A stretch of DNA of 63,539 nucleotides, counting the filler, from Octopus bimaculoides (taxonomy: Eukaryota): NCBI RefSeq assembly GCF_001194135.2. It is 6 parts of 6 records of this genome, joined end to end, with 100 filler letters (N's around TTAATTAATTAA, not from the genome) between each part and the next. Parts side by side here need not be neighbours in the genome. Positions count along the whole stretch, not along the records: positions 1 to 17,004 come from NC_069007.1; 5 more parts are not named here. One strand, given 5' to 3'. Each line of letters starts with the position of its first letter. Position 1 is the stretch's first letter. The translations under genes and the position numbers were made by a program. This document shows positions 1-11,628 of the stretch, in pieces. The notes beneath the pieces were generated by a model, which saw only the letters and a list, made by a program, of their open reading frames with translations, searched no databases and was not told the DNA's origin.

Positions 1-147
1 GTTTCCGCCTACCAAATCCACTCACAAGGTTTTGGTCGGCCTGAGGTTATAGTAAAAGACACTTGCCCAAGGTGCCACACAGTGGGACTGAACCCAGAAG
101 CATGTGGTTGGTAAGCAAGCTACTTACCACACAGCACTCCTGTGCCT
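1..147 (-). mobile_element. tRNA-derived SINE family A, 5' half
   Basis: Reverse complement of the head/core also seen at 11117 (GTGTGGTAAGTAGCTTGCTTACCAACCACATG...CTTGGGCAAGTGTC...GATTTGGTAG). Confidence 0.8.
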
Positions 148-199
148 AACTTTTGATATTCTGCCAACTTTTGGTATTCCAAATAGAAGCAACATCAGT

Positions 200-873
200 T
201 TGAAAACATCCTGCTAAGCACTGATTGTCACAGCTGACTAGTTTTGCAGATTGCAGTTGGAATGTTTGGAAGCTTTTTATGCAACAAAGTTTCATGTTAA
301 ACTTGGCAAAAAAATGTGACATAAACATATGAGGTTCTCCTGACTGCTTATTGGTCAACTTGTATGAGTTAAGCATCTGTTTTTCACTGACATAAGGGGC
401 CAGGCAAATCAAATCCACTGAGACGCTCATGATGGTCCCCTTTTCCAACAGCATCCATCGGTTTCTCTAAGGTTTGGGTGGGGTGGGGGGACTCCAGAAA
501 GAGATTTTGTTGCAAAAGGCTAGAGTACCTGCACTAGGACAATGCACCAGTCCACACTTCCATCCAGGTAACCAACTACTTGACAGACATAGGCATCAAA
601 ACTGTCCCTCTCCTTACAGTCCAGCCTTCCACCCTATGACCTTTGCTTGTTCCCCAGTCTGGAGGAGAAGATGAAAGAGGCTGGGACAAAGGTCCTAGAC
701 ACCGCCCCTTTGGAAAACTCTTGTGGAGCTTTCACAGAAGAGGCTGGAGCACTACAAGTGCACAAAAAGCAGAGGATCCTACTTTGAAAGAAATTAGAGT
801 TTTCTGAGTCTTTGAAATTAATAAATGCCACTCTAGAAAAAAATCTGAAATTTTCTGGCATGCACCAGCACCA
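200..873 (+). mobile_element. Mariner transposon remnant, internally deleted
   Basis: Degenerate transposase pieces: HTH-like KF..KLGK, QDNAPVHTS, PYSP, C-terminal YKC...RGSYFE; many stops and frameshifts. Confidence 0.75.
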
Positions 874-1944
874 GCACCATCACCATCACCATCACCATCA
901 CCACCACCATCACCATCACCACCACCATCACCATCACCATCATCATCATCATCATCATCATTTAATGTCCTTTTTCTCCATGTAAGCATGGATTGGACAA
1001 ACCTTATATTACATTACATTATATATATATATATATTATAATGGAGAAAGCTGATTATTAATTAGGTATGTAACCGTGACAAAAAGAAAGCAATTATTAA
1101 AGGCTTGACCACCTGGAAATTTTTTTATACATTCAAGTTCCAAGAAATATCCTGTAATTTCGATTTATGAAGTTTATTGAATATTTGAACTACAAGTTTT
1201 TCACAAATTTAAATATTCGTTGCATTCACTGCGGAGTAGTGAATGTAAAAACTAATTTGTTGCAGGTGAAATTTTCTATTTTCATTTGCAACAGTCTCTC
1301 TCTTTCTTCCTCCCCCTCCTTCTCTCTCACCTCTATTTTCATTAATAACAATTTAATAAATATTCATTTCAATGTTTTCATTTCAAGTTTTAATTCGCTA
1401 TTTACAAAACCTACAGTTTATTCTATATATGTAATGTAAAAAAATTATTTATTGAATGAATGAATGCTGTTAGACAAAATAGTTACATAACTTTGCAAAG
1501 CACAATTTCAAGAATAATATCAGTTTGTTAAATGAATATTCTTGATAAAATGAACATTTTTTAATATACTGGTATAATTTTTTTTTAAAATTAAGTGATT
1601 TTATTGGTGTGGCTGTTTGGAACACTATAGGTTTTACAATAATAACTATGTGATTGCTGCTATTTCTAGCATGTTAAACATTGTAAGGTTACCTTGAAGT
1701 TTGTTTAAATTAGAGATATTTTACAACTACGATAAATTACTGAAAGAAATATTTACTAAGTGAGATTTTTTATAAATAGAAGTTTTCACGAGAATTTCCT
1801 TTCTGAACTTCCTTTTATTATTGAATATTTCAAGTTCACAAATTCAAATATTTGATACAAGATAGTTTCTAATGAGCTTTTATTTATATAGTTTTTTTAA
1901 TTTCATATTTATTTCATTCATTGTTTGCAATGTTCTCTCCCCAC

Positions 1945-1987
<43 letters not shown>

Positions 1988-2150
1988 TCTCTCTAATATA
2001 AACACATACACACTCTAGGTTTGATTTCGTTATAACACAAATATCACATGGGTCTTCCAAAGAAATATGCAACTGAAAAAGCTATTTTTTTTGCACTCTA
2101 AACGTAGTGGGACTACCTTCATGTTTGTTTAAAAAAAGAGATTATGACTA

Positions 2151-2260
2151 TAAATCTACTCATAAGGCTTTCGTCGGCCCGAGGCTATAGTAAAAGACAC
2201 TAGCCCAAAGTGCCATGAACCCGGAACCATGTGTTTGATAAGCAAGCAACTTAACACACA
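2151..2260 (-). mobile_element. SINE family A, 5' fragment
   Basis: Similar to 1-147; runs into a gap. Confidence 0.7.
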
Positions 2261-2527
2261 NNNNNNNNNNNNNNNNNNNNNNNNNNNNNNNNNNNNNNNN
2301 NNNNNNNNNNNNNNNNNNNNNNNNNNNNNNNNNNNNNNNNNNNNNNNNNNNNNNNNNNNNNNNNNNNNNNNNNNNNNNNNNNNNNNNNNNNNNNNNNNNN
2401 NNNNNNNNNNNNNNNNNNNNNNNNNNNNNNNNNNNNNNNNNNNNNNNNNNNNNNNNNNNNNNNNNNNNNNNNNNNNNNNNNNNNNNNNNNNNNNNNNNNN
2501 NNNNNNNNNNNNNNNNNNNNNNNNNNA

Positions 2528-3110
2528 TTATTTAAATTTGATTCCTGATAAACTTTTGTTTATTCTGTTGTCACCAAAATTACAGAAATTTATCTTGAAA
2601 TACTAAAGAGTAAATTCAGTCAATAAAATTGCCGTTGGTTTCAACCACAGCCTCCAGGCAACTTTAGAATCTCTGCAACTCTTCTGGATGGTTTCCTTGT
2701 TTAAGTTGGGGAATGCTGCCATAATCGTGGCCTTCAGTTCATCTTTGGCGTTACAAGGAGTTTTGTTGGTCTCTCACTCAACTGCACTCCACACATAACA
2801 ATCACGAGAGTTGCGATCTGAAGAGTCAGGCGGCCAAATGTTAGGGGTGATGTGATTGCAGAAATTGTCTGACAGCCATGACTGGGTTCTCCTGCTTGTG
2901 TGGCATGGTGCAGAGTCCTGTTGCCAGGACACAGGGTCTTCCAGCAGTTAGCCTCTTGACCCAAGGCAGCACTATCTCCTCCAGGCACTTGATGTAGGCC
3001 TCTGTGTTGAGTTTGAGGCCGTGTGGGAAGATGAATGGAGGCATAACATCGCCATCACTAGTGATCACTTCAAACACCATGATGTTGACTGGATGTTTGA
3101 TTTTTATCAC
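2528..3110 (-). mobile_element. Tc1/mariner DD37D (maT-type) transposase remnant
   Basis: KHPVNIMVFEVITSDGDVMPPFIFPHGLKLNTEAYIKCLEEIVLPW...WQQDSAPCHTSRRTQSWLSDNFCNHITPNIWPPDSSDRNSRDCYVW; 37 residues between the second and third catalytic Asp; frameshifts and a stop. Confidence 0.8.
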
Positions 3111-3305
3111 TCTTGGTACATGTCATCAGACTGACAGCCCATAAATGTTTCACAACCACTGGTGCAGAATATCCATTTTGGAAAATTCTACCTGGCCCAT
3201 ACAAATATGGAAAAGTGGACATTAAAACGAGAATCTTTATGATTATAGTATGTGTGTGGGGGGGGGTGGTATTTAAAGTTATATACATAAATGCAGTTAA
3301 CATAC

Positions 3306-3428
3306 CTGACATCTAGGATAACCAACAACTGAAGGAATGACAATTTTTGGTTCAGTTTCACCTCCAAAGCCAACTTTATATGTATGTTATCCATTATCAA
3401 TGATGACAGTGCAAACTTTATTAGCCAT
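3306..3428 (-). pseudogene. Second actin-like gene, exon 1 (inverted paralog with in-frame stop)
   Basis: Reverse complement reads MANKVCTVIIDNG*HTYKVGFGGETEPKIVIPSVVGYPRCQ|GTATGT. Same phase-0 donor position as the + copy; TAA at 3387-3389 replaces the Ser of DNGS. No exon 2 found within 1-3300. Confidence 0.8.
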
Positions 3429-4301
3429 GTTCAGATTTTACAGTCGGATAAAAGGTTCCTGGTGAATGTATATAAATGTAAATGCTTTGTTTGTTAATAT
3501 TGTTGTTTATGGAATGTGAACTTGCCTTGGCTTCAGCGCTGGCCTTTAATGATGGTAGAGTGTTCTATAAAGATGGTCAAACTATATCGGTTGAATGAGA
3601 TTTCAGTCCGATGGTAAAATGTTGTAGGAAGACAAATGTGATATTCATTTATATTAGTTTTTGTATTCTATTTTGTGACCAATGACTTCTCTTTTAAAAA
3701 AAAACAAGGAAGATTTCTATAAAGAAACTACGTACATACATTTAATTAATTATATTCAATGTCATTCCAAAAATGTGGTGAACCATACATTTGTTCACGT
3801 GATATCTTATAAAAATTTTAGAGAAAACAATTCTTCCTTGTAAGAGTTTTGATTCTCTGGAATTCTCTTCTTGGGCTTAACTTTCCCCAAATTGTTGTGG
3901 CTTGCAGAGGATCATAGGGAACATTCTTAGCTCAAACCACACCCATTTAAAAGGGCCTACAAAGGCCTAAGGGACTGCCTTTACCTCCAGGCCCAGGAAG
4001 TAAAAAGAAAAACAGACAGCTCACAAATTGCTAACAACTGATTCTAGATTAGTTACTCAATTCTGGTTGCTAATTATGGTTGTTTGGTTAAGAAGTTAAG
4101 AGGTTTGGTTCCATATCAAGTAATCTTAGGTTCAATTCCACCTCATGGCACTTTGGACAAATATCATCCACAATAGATCCAGGAAAAGTAAAATCTTGTG
4201 AATTTGGTTAACAAAAACTGAAAGGCACACCATGGCACCCCAGGAAAGTGTCCTCCGTGGATTTGGTAAATAGATAACTGAAGGAAGCCTGTTGTATGTG
4301 A

Positions 4302-4341
<40 letters not shown>

Positions 4342-4856
4342 NNNNNNNNNNNNNNNNNNNNNNNNNNNNNNNNNNNNNNNNNNNNNNNNNNNNNNNNNNN
4401 NNNNNNNNNNNNNNNNNNNNNNNNNNNNNNNNNNNNNNNNNNNNNNNNNNNNNNNNNNNNNNNNNNNNNNNNNNNNNNNNNNNNNNNNNNNNNNNNNNNN
4501 NNNNNNNNNNNNNNNNNNNNNNNNNNNNNNNNNNNNNNNNNNNNNNNNNNNNNNNNNNNNNNNNNNNNNNNNNNNNNNNNNNNNNNNNNNNNNNNNNNNN
4601 NNNNNNNNNNNNNNNNNNNNNNNNNNNNNNNNNNNNNNNNNNNNNNNNNNNNNNNNNNNNNNNNNNNATATATAAAGATAGAAATATACTGTGATAAAAT
4701 ATATTTTACCATTGGATATTCATATTTAACACCAATTGTTTCATAGCTTAATAAACATGTATAAATAGTTTATTTTATCATATTTTATAATAAGTAATGA
4801 ATTATTTACATGTCTGCATATATATATATATATATATATATGTGTGTATGTATATA

Positions 4857-5143
4857 ATTTTAAAACTAATGCAGATATTAATCTTGCTCGTCAGGTTGAA
4901 AGGAATCCATGTTTATAATTATAGCTCATCATAACATTTCAAAACACAGAAATTCAGTTTTCAAAACATTAAAATATGGAAGACAATAAGAATATTCTAT
5001 TAATTTTATTCTTATTGTCTTCCATATCTTAATGTTTTGAAAATGAGTCTCTGCATTTTGAAGTGTTATGTTGAGATATAATTATAAACATGGAATTATT
5101 TCAACCTAACGAACAAGCTTAATATCTGCATTAATTTTAAAAT
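4857..5143. repeat. Fold-back / MITE-like imperfect palindrome (~135-bp arms)
   Basis: Left arm TAAAACTAATGCAGATATTAA...GGAAGACAATAAGAATA matches the reverse complement of the right arm with scattered mismatches; loop about 12 nt. Confidence 0.85.
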
Positions 5144-6475
5144 CCTTTATATATTAATACAGACATATAAATAATTTATTATTTATACATGTTTATTAAC
5201 ATGTGAAACAAATGTTGCTAAATATGAATATACATTGTTAAAATAAATTTTATCATAGTATATTACTCTCTTTATTTATAATTTTATACACTCCTTATGT
5301 TTTCTGTTTTTTTCTTCTTTTTTTGTGTATCATACAATATATTCTGTGTGATTTGTAGAATGATACTTTTAAGAGCTATTTTTATGAGATTAGCTGAATC
5401 CATATATTGTGTCACACACACCACACACATGTATATGTCCCACCCACACATAACAAGAAAACTTCTCACACACCTTACAACAACAAACCAAGATCTCTTC
5501 TCTCCCTAACAATTCCTCCTCGTGATTCTGTTTCTCTGTATCATTGTTATCCAGTAGCCCCCACCCCNNNNNNNNNNNNNNNNNNNNNNNNNNNNNNNNN
5601 NNNNNNNNNNNNNNNNNNNNNNNNNNNNNNNNNNNNNNNNNNNNNNNNNNNNNNNNNNNNNNNNNNNNNNNNNNNNNNNNNNNNNNNNNNNNNNNNNNNN
5701 NNNNNNNNNNNNNNNNNNNNNNNNNNNNNNNNNNNNNNNNNNNNNNNNNNNNNNNNNNNNNNNNNNNNNNNNNNNNNNNNNNNNNNNNNNNNNNNNNNNN
5801 NNNNNNNNNNNNNNNNNNNNNNNNNNNNNNNNNNNNNNNNNNNNNNNNNNNNNNNNNNNNNNNNNNNNNNNNNNNNNNNNNNNNNNNNNNNNNNNNNNNN
5901 NNNNNNNNNNNNNNNNNNNNNNNNNNNNNNNNNNNNNNNNNNNNNNNNNNNNNNNNNNNNNNNNNNNNNNNNNNNNNNNNNNNNNNNNNNNNNNNNNNNN
6001 NNNNNNNNNNNNNNNNNNNNNNNNNNNNNNNNNNNNNNNNNNNNNNNNNNNNNNNNNNNNNNNNNNNNNNNNNNNNNNNNNNNNNNNNNNNNNNNNNNNN
6101 NNNNNNNNNNNNNNNNNNNNNNNNNNNNNNNNNNNNNNNNNNNNNNNNNNNNNNNNNNNNNNNNNNNNNNNNNNNNNNNNNNNNNNNNNNNNNNNNNNNN
6201 NNNNNNNNNNNNNNNNNNNNNNNNNNNNNNNNNNNNNNNNNNNNNNNNNNNNNNNNNNNNNNNNNNNNNNNNNNNNNNNNNNNNNNNNNNNNNNNNNNNN
6301 NNNNNNNNNNNNNNNNNNNNNNNNNNNNNNNNNNNNNNNNNNNNNNNNNNNNNNNNNNNNNNNNNNNNNNNNNNNNNNNNNNNNNNNNNNNNNNNNNNNN
6401 NNNNNNNNNNNNNNNNNNNNNNNNNNNNNNNNNNNNNNNNNNNNNNNNNNNNNNNNNNNNNNNNNNNNNNNNNNG

Positions 6476-6654
6476 ACACGTAAAAGCACCCACTACACTC
6501 TCTGAGTGGTTGGCGTTAGGAAGGGCATCCAGCTGTAGAAACTCTGCCAAATCAGACTGGAGCCTGGTGTTGCCATCCGGTTTCACCAGTCCTCAGTCAA
6601 ATCGTCCAACCCATGCTAGCATGGAAAGCGGACGTTAAACGATGATGATGATGA

Positions 6655-6657
<3 letters not shown>
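6476..6657 (-). mobile_element. LINE-3'-end-type repeat (family D) with (GAT)n tail
   Basis: CTACAGCTGGATGCCCTTCCTAACGCCAACC motif on -, ending at (ATC)n. Related ends occur near 960-1000 and 3200. Confidence 0.6.
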
Positions 6658-6709
<52 letters not shown>

Positions 6710-6742
6710 TATATACATACATACATACATACATACACACAC

Positions 6743-6774
<32 letters not shown>

Positions 6775-6784
6775 GAATTGTAAA

Positions 6785-7030
6785 GGCACGTAGCCAAGTG
6801 GTTAGGTTGTTCTGCTCACAATTGCTAGAGCATGGGTCTGATTCTCTGATTGGGCGATGTGTTGTGTTCTTGAGCAAACCACTTCATTTTATGTTGCTCC
6901 ACTCTTTTTTCTATCAGAGGAATGTGTTGGCCAGCTCGCCAAGCCAACAGGGTGGCATTATTTGAATGCTAAAACAATGCAAAAAGCACTTTGTGACCAG
7001 CATTGTGTAACATCTGATAGCCTGGTCAGC
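6785..7030 (+). mobile_element. tRNA-head SINE (family F-like), degraded
   Basis: A-box-like TAGCCAAGTGGTTAGG followed by TTGTGTTCTTGAGCAA core, like 35025-35210. Confidence 0.5.
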
Positions 7031-7172
7031 CACATGATTACATGATGTATGTATATATGTGTATGTATGTATGTATGTATGTATATATATGTGTGTGTGT
7101 GTGTACATATATTATATATATATATATGTATACACACATATGCACATGTGCACACACACACATACATACATG

Positions 7173-7610
7173 TATAAAGGTGGTATCAAAAGGTTCTCAT
7201 ACTAGTTGTGCCTGATAAAAAATAACTTATTTACCTAAGTTTTAACTTCATCTCCTCCAAAATAATCGCCTTGCACAGCAATACACCAGTCCCAGCATTC
7301 CTGTCACTTTTGAAATCCGTCCTCAAAGTAATTTTCTATAGGTCAGTCAAGGATCTTCTGTGACTCACTCTTGATTTCAACAGTGACATTAAAACGGCTA
7401 CCTTTGAGCTATATTTTCATCTTAGGGTAGAGATGGAAATAATACCATGCTGCTTTTGTTGACGAATTCACAAGTGAGGAGAGCTCAATGACAGGGTGTA
7501 TAGTTGTCAAGAAGAATCCAATTCTTCGTGCTCTTCAGATCCAGTCACTTTCGCCGAATATCCTCCCTCGAACACTTCAAAACATCATTGATTATCCTCC
7601 GATGATCCCT
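7173..7610 (-). mobile_element. Mariner 3' remnant
   Basis: Minus strand gives LKGSRF...ECWDWCIAVQGDYFGGD, a mariner C-terminus, followed by a TIR-like end. Confidence 0.65.
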
Positions 7611-7636
7611 CACAAGCGGATGAATTTTTCCCCACA

Positions 7637-7950
7637 TATTGAGCGAAAACACCTAAAGCTCCAAGAGGCTCCGGCAGGGGATGGTGGCGAACCCTGCTGT
7701 ACTCTTTCACCACAACTTTCTCTCGCTCTTACTTCCTGTTTCTGTTGTGCCTGTAATTCAAAGGGCCAGCCTTGTCACACTGTGTCACGCTGAATATCCC
7801 CGAGAACAACGTAAAGGGTACACGTGTCTGTGGAGTGCTCAGCCACTTGCATGTTAATTTTACAAGCAGGCTGTTCTGTTGATTGGATCAACTGGAACCC
7901 TCGACATCATAAGCGACGGAGTGCCAACAACAACAACAACAACAACAACA
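7637..7950 (+). mobile_element. SINE family C, 5'-truncated, (CAA)n tail
   Basis: Near-identical to the body of the full copy at 49184. Confidence 0.85.
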
Positions 7951-8154
7951 GAAGTAGTAGCTATCTGAACTTTGCCCAGCCCATTCTTATTCTAGCAACA
8001 ACGCTTTCAGAGCAGCCACCTGCACTGCTGACTTGGTCAGCTAAGTAATGACAAGTATCTACTACCTCTAAGAATCCCACTGGACATTCCAGGAAGTCTA
8101 TTCCTGGCACATTCCTCTTGTTTAATGTATGGATCTGTATATGTTATAATTATA

Positions 8155-8452
8155 CATGTATTTATATAGATGTGTGTGTATATATACAGATGTGTGTGTA
8201 TATATACAGATGTGTGTGTATTTATATAGATGTGTGTGTATTTATATAGATGTGTGTGTATATATACAGATGTGTGTGTATTTATATAGATGTGTGTGTA
8301 TATATAGATGTGTGTGTATTTATATAGATGTGTGTGTATTCATATAGATGTGTGTATATATATATATAGATGTGTGTGAGTGTATTTATATAGATATGTG
8401 TGTATATATACATGTGTATGTATTCATATAGATGTGTGTGTATTTATATAGA

Positions 8453-8505
<53 letters not shown>

Positions 8506-8672
8506 NNNNNNNNNNNNNNNNNNNNNNNNNNNNNNNNNNNNNNNNNNNNNNNNNNNNNNNNNNNNNNNNNNNNNNNNNNNNNNNNNNNNNNNNNNNNNNN
8601 NNNNNNNNNNNNNNNNNNNNNNNNNNNNATAGATGTGCATGTATTTATATAGATGTGTTTGTATTTATATAG

Positions 8673-8705
<33 letters not shown>

Positions 8706-8760
8706 GATGTGCATGTATTTATATAGATGTGTTTGTATTTATATAGATGTGTGTATATAT
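8155..8760. repeat. ~20-bp minisatellite (TGTATTTATATAGATGTGTG)n
   Basis: Direct inspection; interrupted by (TA)n and a gap. Confidence 0.85.
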
Positions 8761-8959
8761 ATACCCGTTCATGATTTTACAAACCATGAGCATCTAAGTC
8801 GTTGGACTGGCTAAATGACTTGCCTTGACCCTCAGGCGGGTGTGTAATGTTGACTAGCCAGAAAAATGATGAAACATTGATGTCCATCACTCCCCAGTGG
8901 GACTGAGGGTGAGTTATCCAACCTGTCCATAACTCTAAGGTATTTTTAACACTGGTGAC

Positions 8960-9945
8960 TTGAGAGTTATATACTTCACCGTCAGGCTACATGCACTATT
9001 CCACAACACTCCACCTGCATCTAATGAAGACGACTGTTTCACCTACCTGGGTCACCGACCATCCCAATGGACACCAGCTCCTGACCAGTTCCAAGCAGTT
9101 GACCATTTTGTAAGCATCTGCCAACGTGTTGTGAACCAGTTCCACTTTTGCAGGCATCCCAGACATCCCAGTATCTCCCCCACCAAACTCTTGGTCTTTC
9201 GATGTCTCCAACACCACAAAGATATTGTCATCAAACTGGCCAACAAGGGTGGAACTGTAATGGTGTGGTACACAGACATTTACAAGTCTGAAGCTCGCCA
9301 CCAACTTCAAGACACCTCCTTCTATTGCCCTCTGCCCTCCAATCCCATGTCTCACTACCAACAGACTGTGTCCACCACTATTCGTGACCTCATTTCCTCC
9401 TCCTGTCCCATACTTCATTGTTCATACTCCACACACACCCATTATTTACTTCCTTCCCAAAATCTACAAGCCCAAAGACTCTGGCTACCTCATCGTCTCC
9501 GCCTGCAACTGCCCCATGGAAATGGTCTCCAAATACCTTGACCATGTCTTTACCCCTCTAGTGGCTTCTCTCTACTCCCACATCCACAGCACCTACCATT
9601 CTCTCCATCCATTTAACTATTTTTCCTTCCCTTCTAGCCCCCCTCAACTTCTGTTCACTCTTGATATCAAAAGTTTATATACAGCAATCCCACACAACGA
9701 AGGACTTCTTGTATTTAAACACATTTTAGACCTACAGTCTGACCCTCAACCTAACACTTTCACACTTCTTTGTCTGACCGAACTTGTCCTCTCCCTCAGC
9801 TGCTTCTTGTTTGTGGTGGAGTTTTACCACAGGAGTGATCATGGGAATGAGAATGGGCCCCAACTCTGCAAACATGTTTGTTGGCTATGTTGAGGCCGAA
9901 ATACTCTCACAATTCACTGGTCCCACTCCCGTGCTATACATCCTG
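8960..9945 (+). mobile_element. Penelope-like element RT remnant
   Basis: IVIKLANKGGTVMV, YFLPKIYKP, LFTLDIKSLYTAIPHNEGL, GVIMGMRMGPNSANMFVG: PLE RT motifs split by frameshifts. Confidence 0.85.
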
Positions 9946-10403
9946 GGCCTGGAGGTAGAGGCAATCCCTTAGGCCTTTGTAAACCATTCAAGTTTAGTGT
10001 GATTTGTGCAATAAATGTTCTCCATGGAGTCATAAAATTTTGCAAAAACGATAGGACCAGAAAAAGAATTCTCTTACCCGGAAGAATTATTTGCTCTGAA
10101 ATATTTATATATCACATAAATGACTCAGTGGTTCACAATAACATTTTTGAATATAATAATTGAATAGAATAAATAAATATGTGTTTTGTAAAAAGTAAAA
10201 TTTATTGGCCAGATCAGTAGAGCATGAAAACCTATATACACGACTATCATATCAGATTTTCACTCACTTTTCTACCTTCATTAAGTACCAGTGGCTTAAT
10301 CCAGTGCAGGGACATATTCCATAAACAACACTGTTAACAACTCAAACATTTACATTTATATATTTTTGCCAAGAATATTCTATCCGACTTAAAAAACACA
10401 AAC

Positions 10404-10517
10404 ATGGTTGCTTCTATTGTCATTGATAATGGATCATATACATGTAAAGCTGGTTTTGGAGGTGAATATGAAGACAGAGAAGTGTTTCTTTCAGTTGTTA
10501 GTCATCCTAGAAACAAG
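10404..10517 (+). CDS. Divergent actin-like gene, coding exon 1
   Basis: Translates MVASIVIDNGSYTCKAGFGGEYEDREVFLSVVSHPRNK, collinear with the actin N-terminus ([34 protein letters not shown]). Ends AAG|GTATGT, phase 0, at the conserved actin codon 41/42 intron position. Candidate 3' splice site TTTTTGCCAAG| at 10373 just upstream of the ATG. Frame not shown in the ORF track. Confidence 0.9.
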
Positions 10518-11116
10518 GTATGTTGACTTCATGTACATATATTACAATGAAAAATGTGGGCATATGCATGTTAATATTCTTAAGTTATTACACCTGGAAA
10601 AGTACAGAACAGGATTTCTAAAGTAGAATTCACCTAAATTCCTCTAATTTCCTCTAAAGGAAACTAAAAAGTACTTAAAGCTAAAATTCTATTGTACTTA
10701 AAATATTGCAGCTGAGAATGACTTTTTAAAATTTACTATATTTTATTAAGACAAAAATTATAATAGCATTACTGGTTTTTTCCAAAAATAAGCCCATCTG
10801 ATTTTAAGCTTATGGGTTTATATTCAGAAATTCATTATATGCAAAAATATTCAGTACTAAAAAAGTATTGTGTTAAAAACTGGCGAAAAAAGGAAATTAA
10901 CATCTGAAATCAAGTACAGAAATCCTATGCTAATTATATTAAAAAAACTTTTTAAAACTATTGGGGGCAAATGTGCCAAACCAAAACATTTTGTTTTGTG
11001 TAAAAATTTTGTTTTTGTTTAGTTGATATGATAGAACTCATCAAGATGAGTGCTGTGGTGCTAATCTTTCAAAATATATTCAAAATGAAAAAAGTTATTA
11101 TATAATTTATATAACA

Positions 11117-11361
11117 GGCGCAGGAGTGGCTGTGTGGTAAGTAGCTTGCTTACCAACCACATGGTTCCGGGTTCAGTCCCACTGCGTGGCATCTTGGGCA
11201 AGTGTCTTCTAAGATAGCCTCAGGCCGACCAAAGCCTTGTGAGCGGATTTGGTAGATGGAAACTGAAAGAAGCCCNNNNNNNNNNNNNNNNNNNNNNNNN
11301 NNNNNNNNNNNNNNNNNNNNNNNNNNNNNNNNNNNNNNNNNNNNNNNNNNNNNNNNNNNNN

Positions 11362-11400
<39 letters not shown>

Positions 11401-11628
11401 GTGTGTGTGTATATGTTTCTGTGTCTGTGTTTGTCTCCCCACCATCGCTTGACAACTGATGCTGGTGTGTTTACGTCCCCGTAACTTAGCGGTTCGGCAA
11501 AAGGGACCGATACAATAAGTACTAGGCTTTACAAAGAATAAGTCCTGGGGTCGATTTGCTCGACTAAAGGCAGTGCTCCAGCATGGCCGCAGTCAAATGA
11601 CTGAAACAAGTAAAAGAGTAAAAGAATA
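11117..11628 (+). mobile_element. SINE family A, full length with internal microsatellite/gap (in actin intron)
   Basis: tRNA-like head, core, internal (TA)/(TG) tract, 3' part ending AAATGACTGAAACAAGTAAAAGA. Confidence 0.85.

Noticed and set aside
146-454. 102-aa minus-strand ORF, considered as exon 2 of the inverted actin
   Set aside because: No actin similarity; it is the antisense of the mariner remnant.
876-960. His/Gly-Asp-rich ORFs from (ACCATC)n/(ATC)n
   Set aside because: Microsatellite grown from a retroelement tail.
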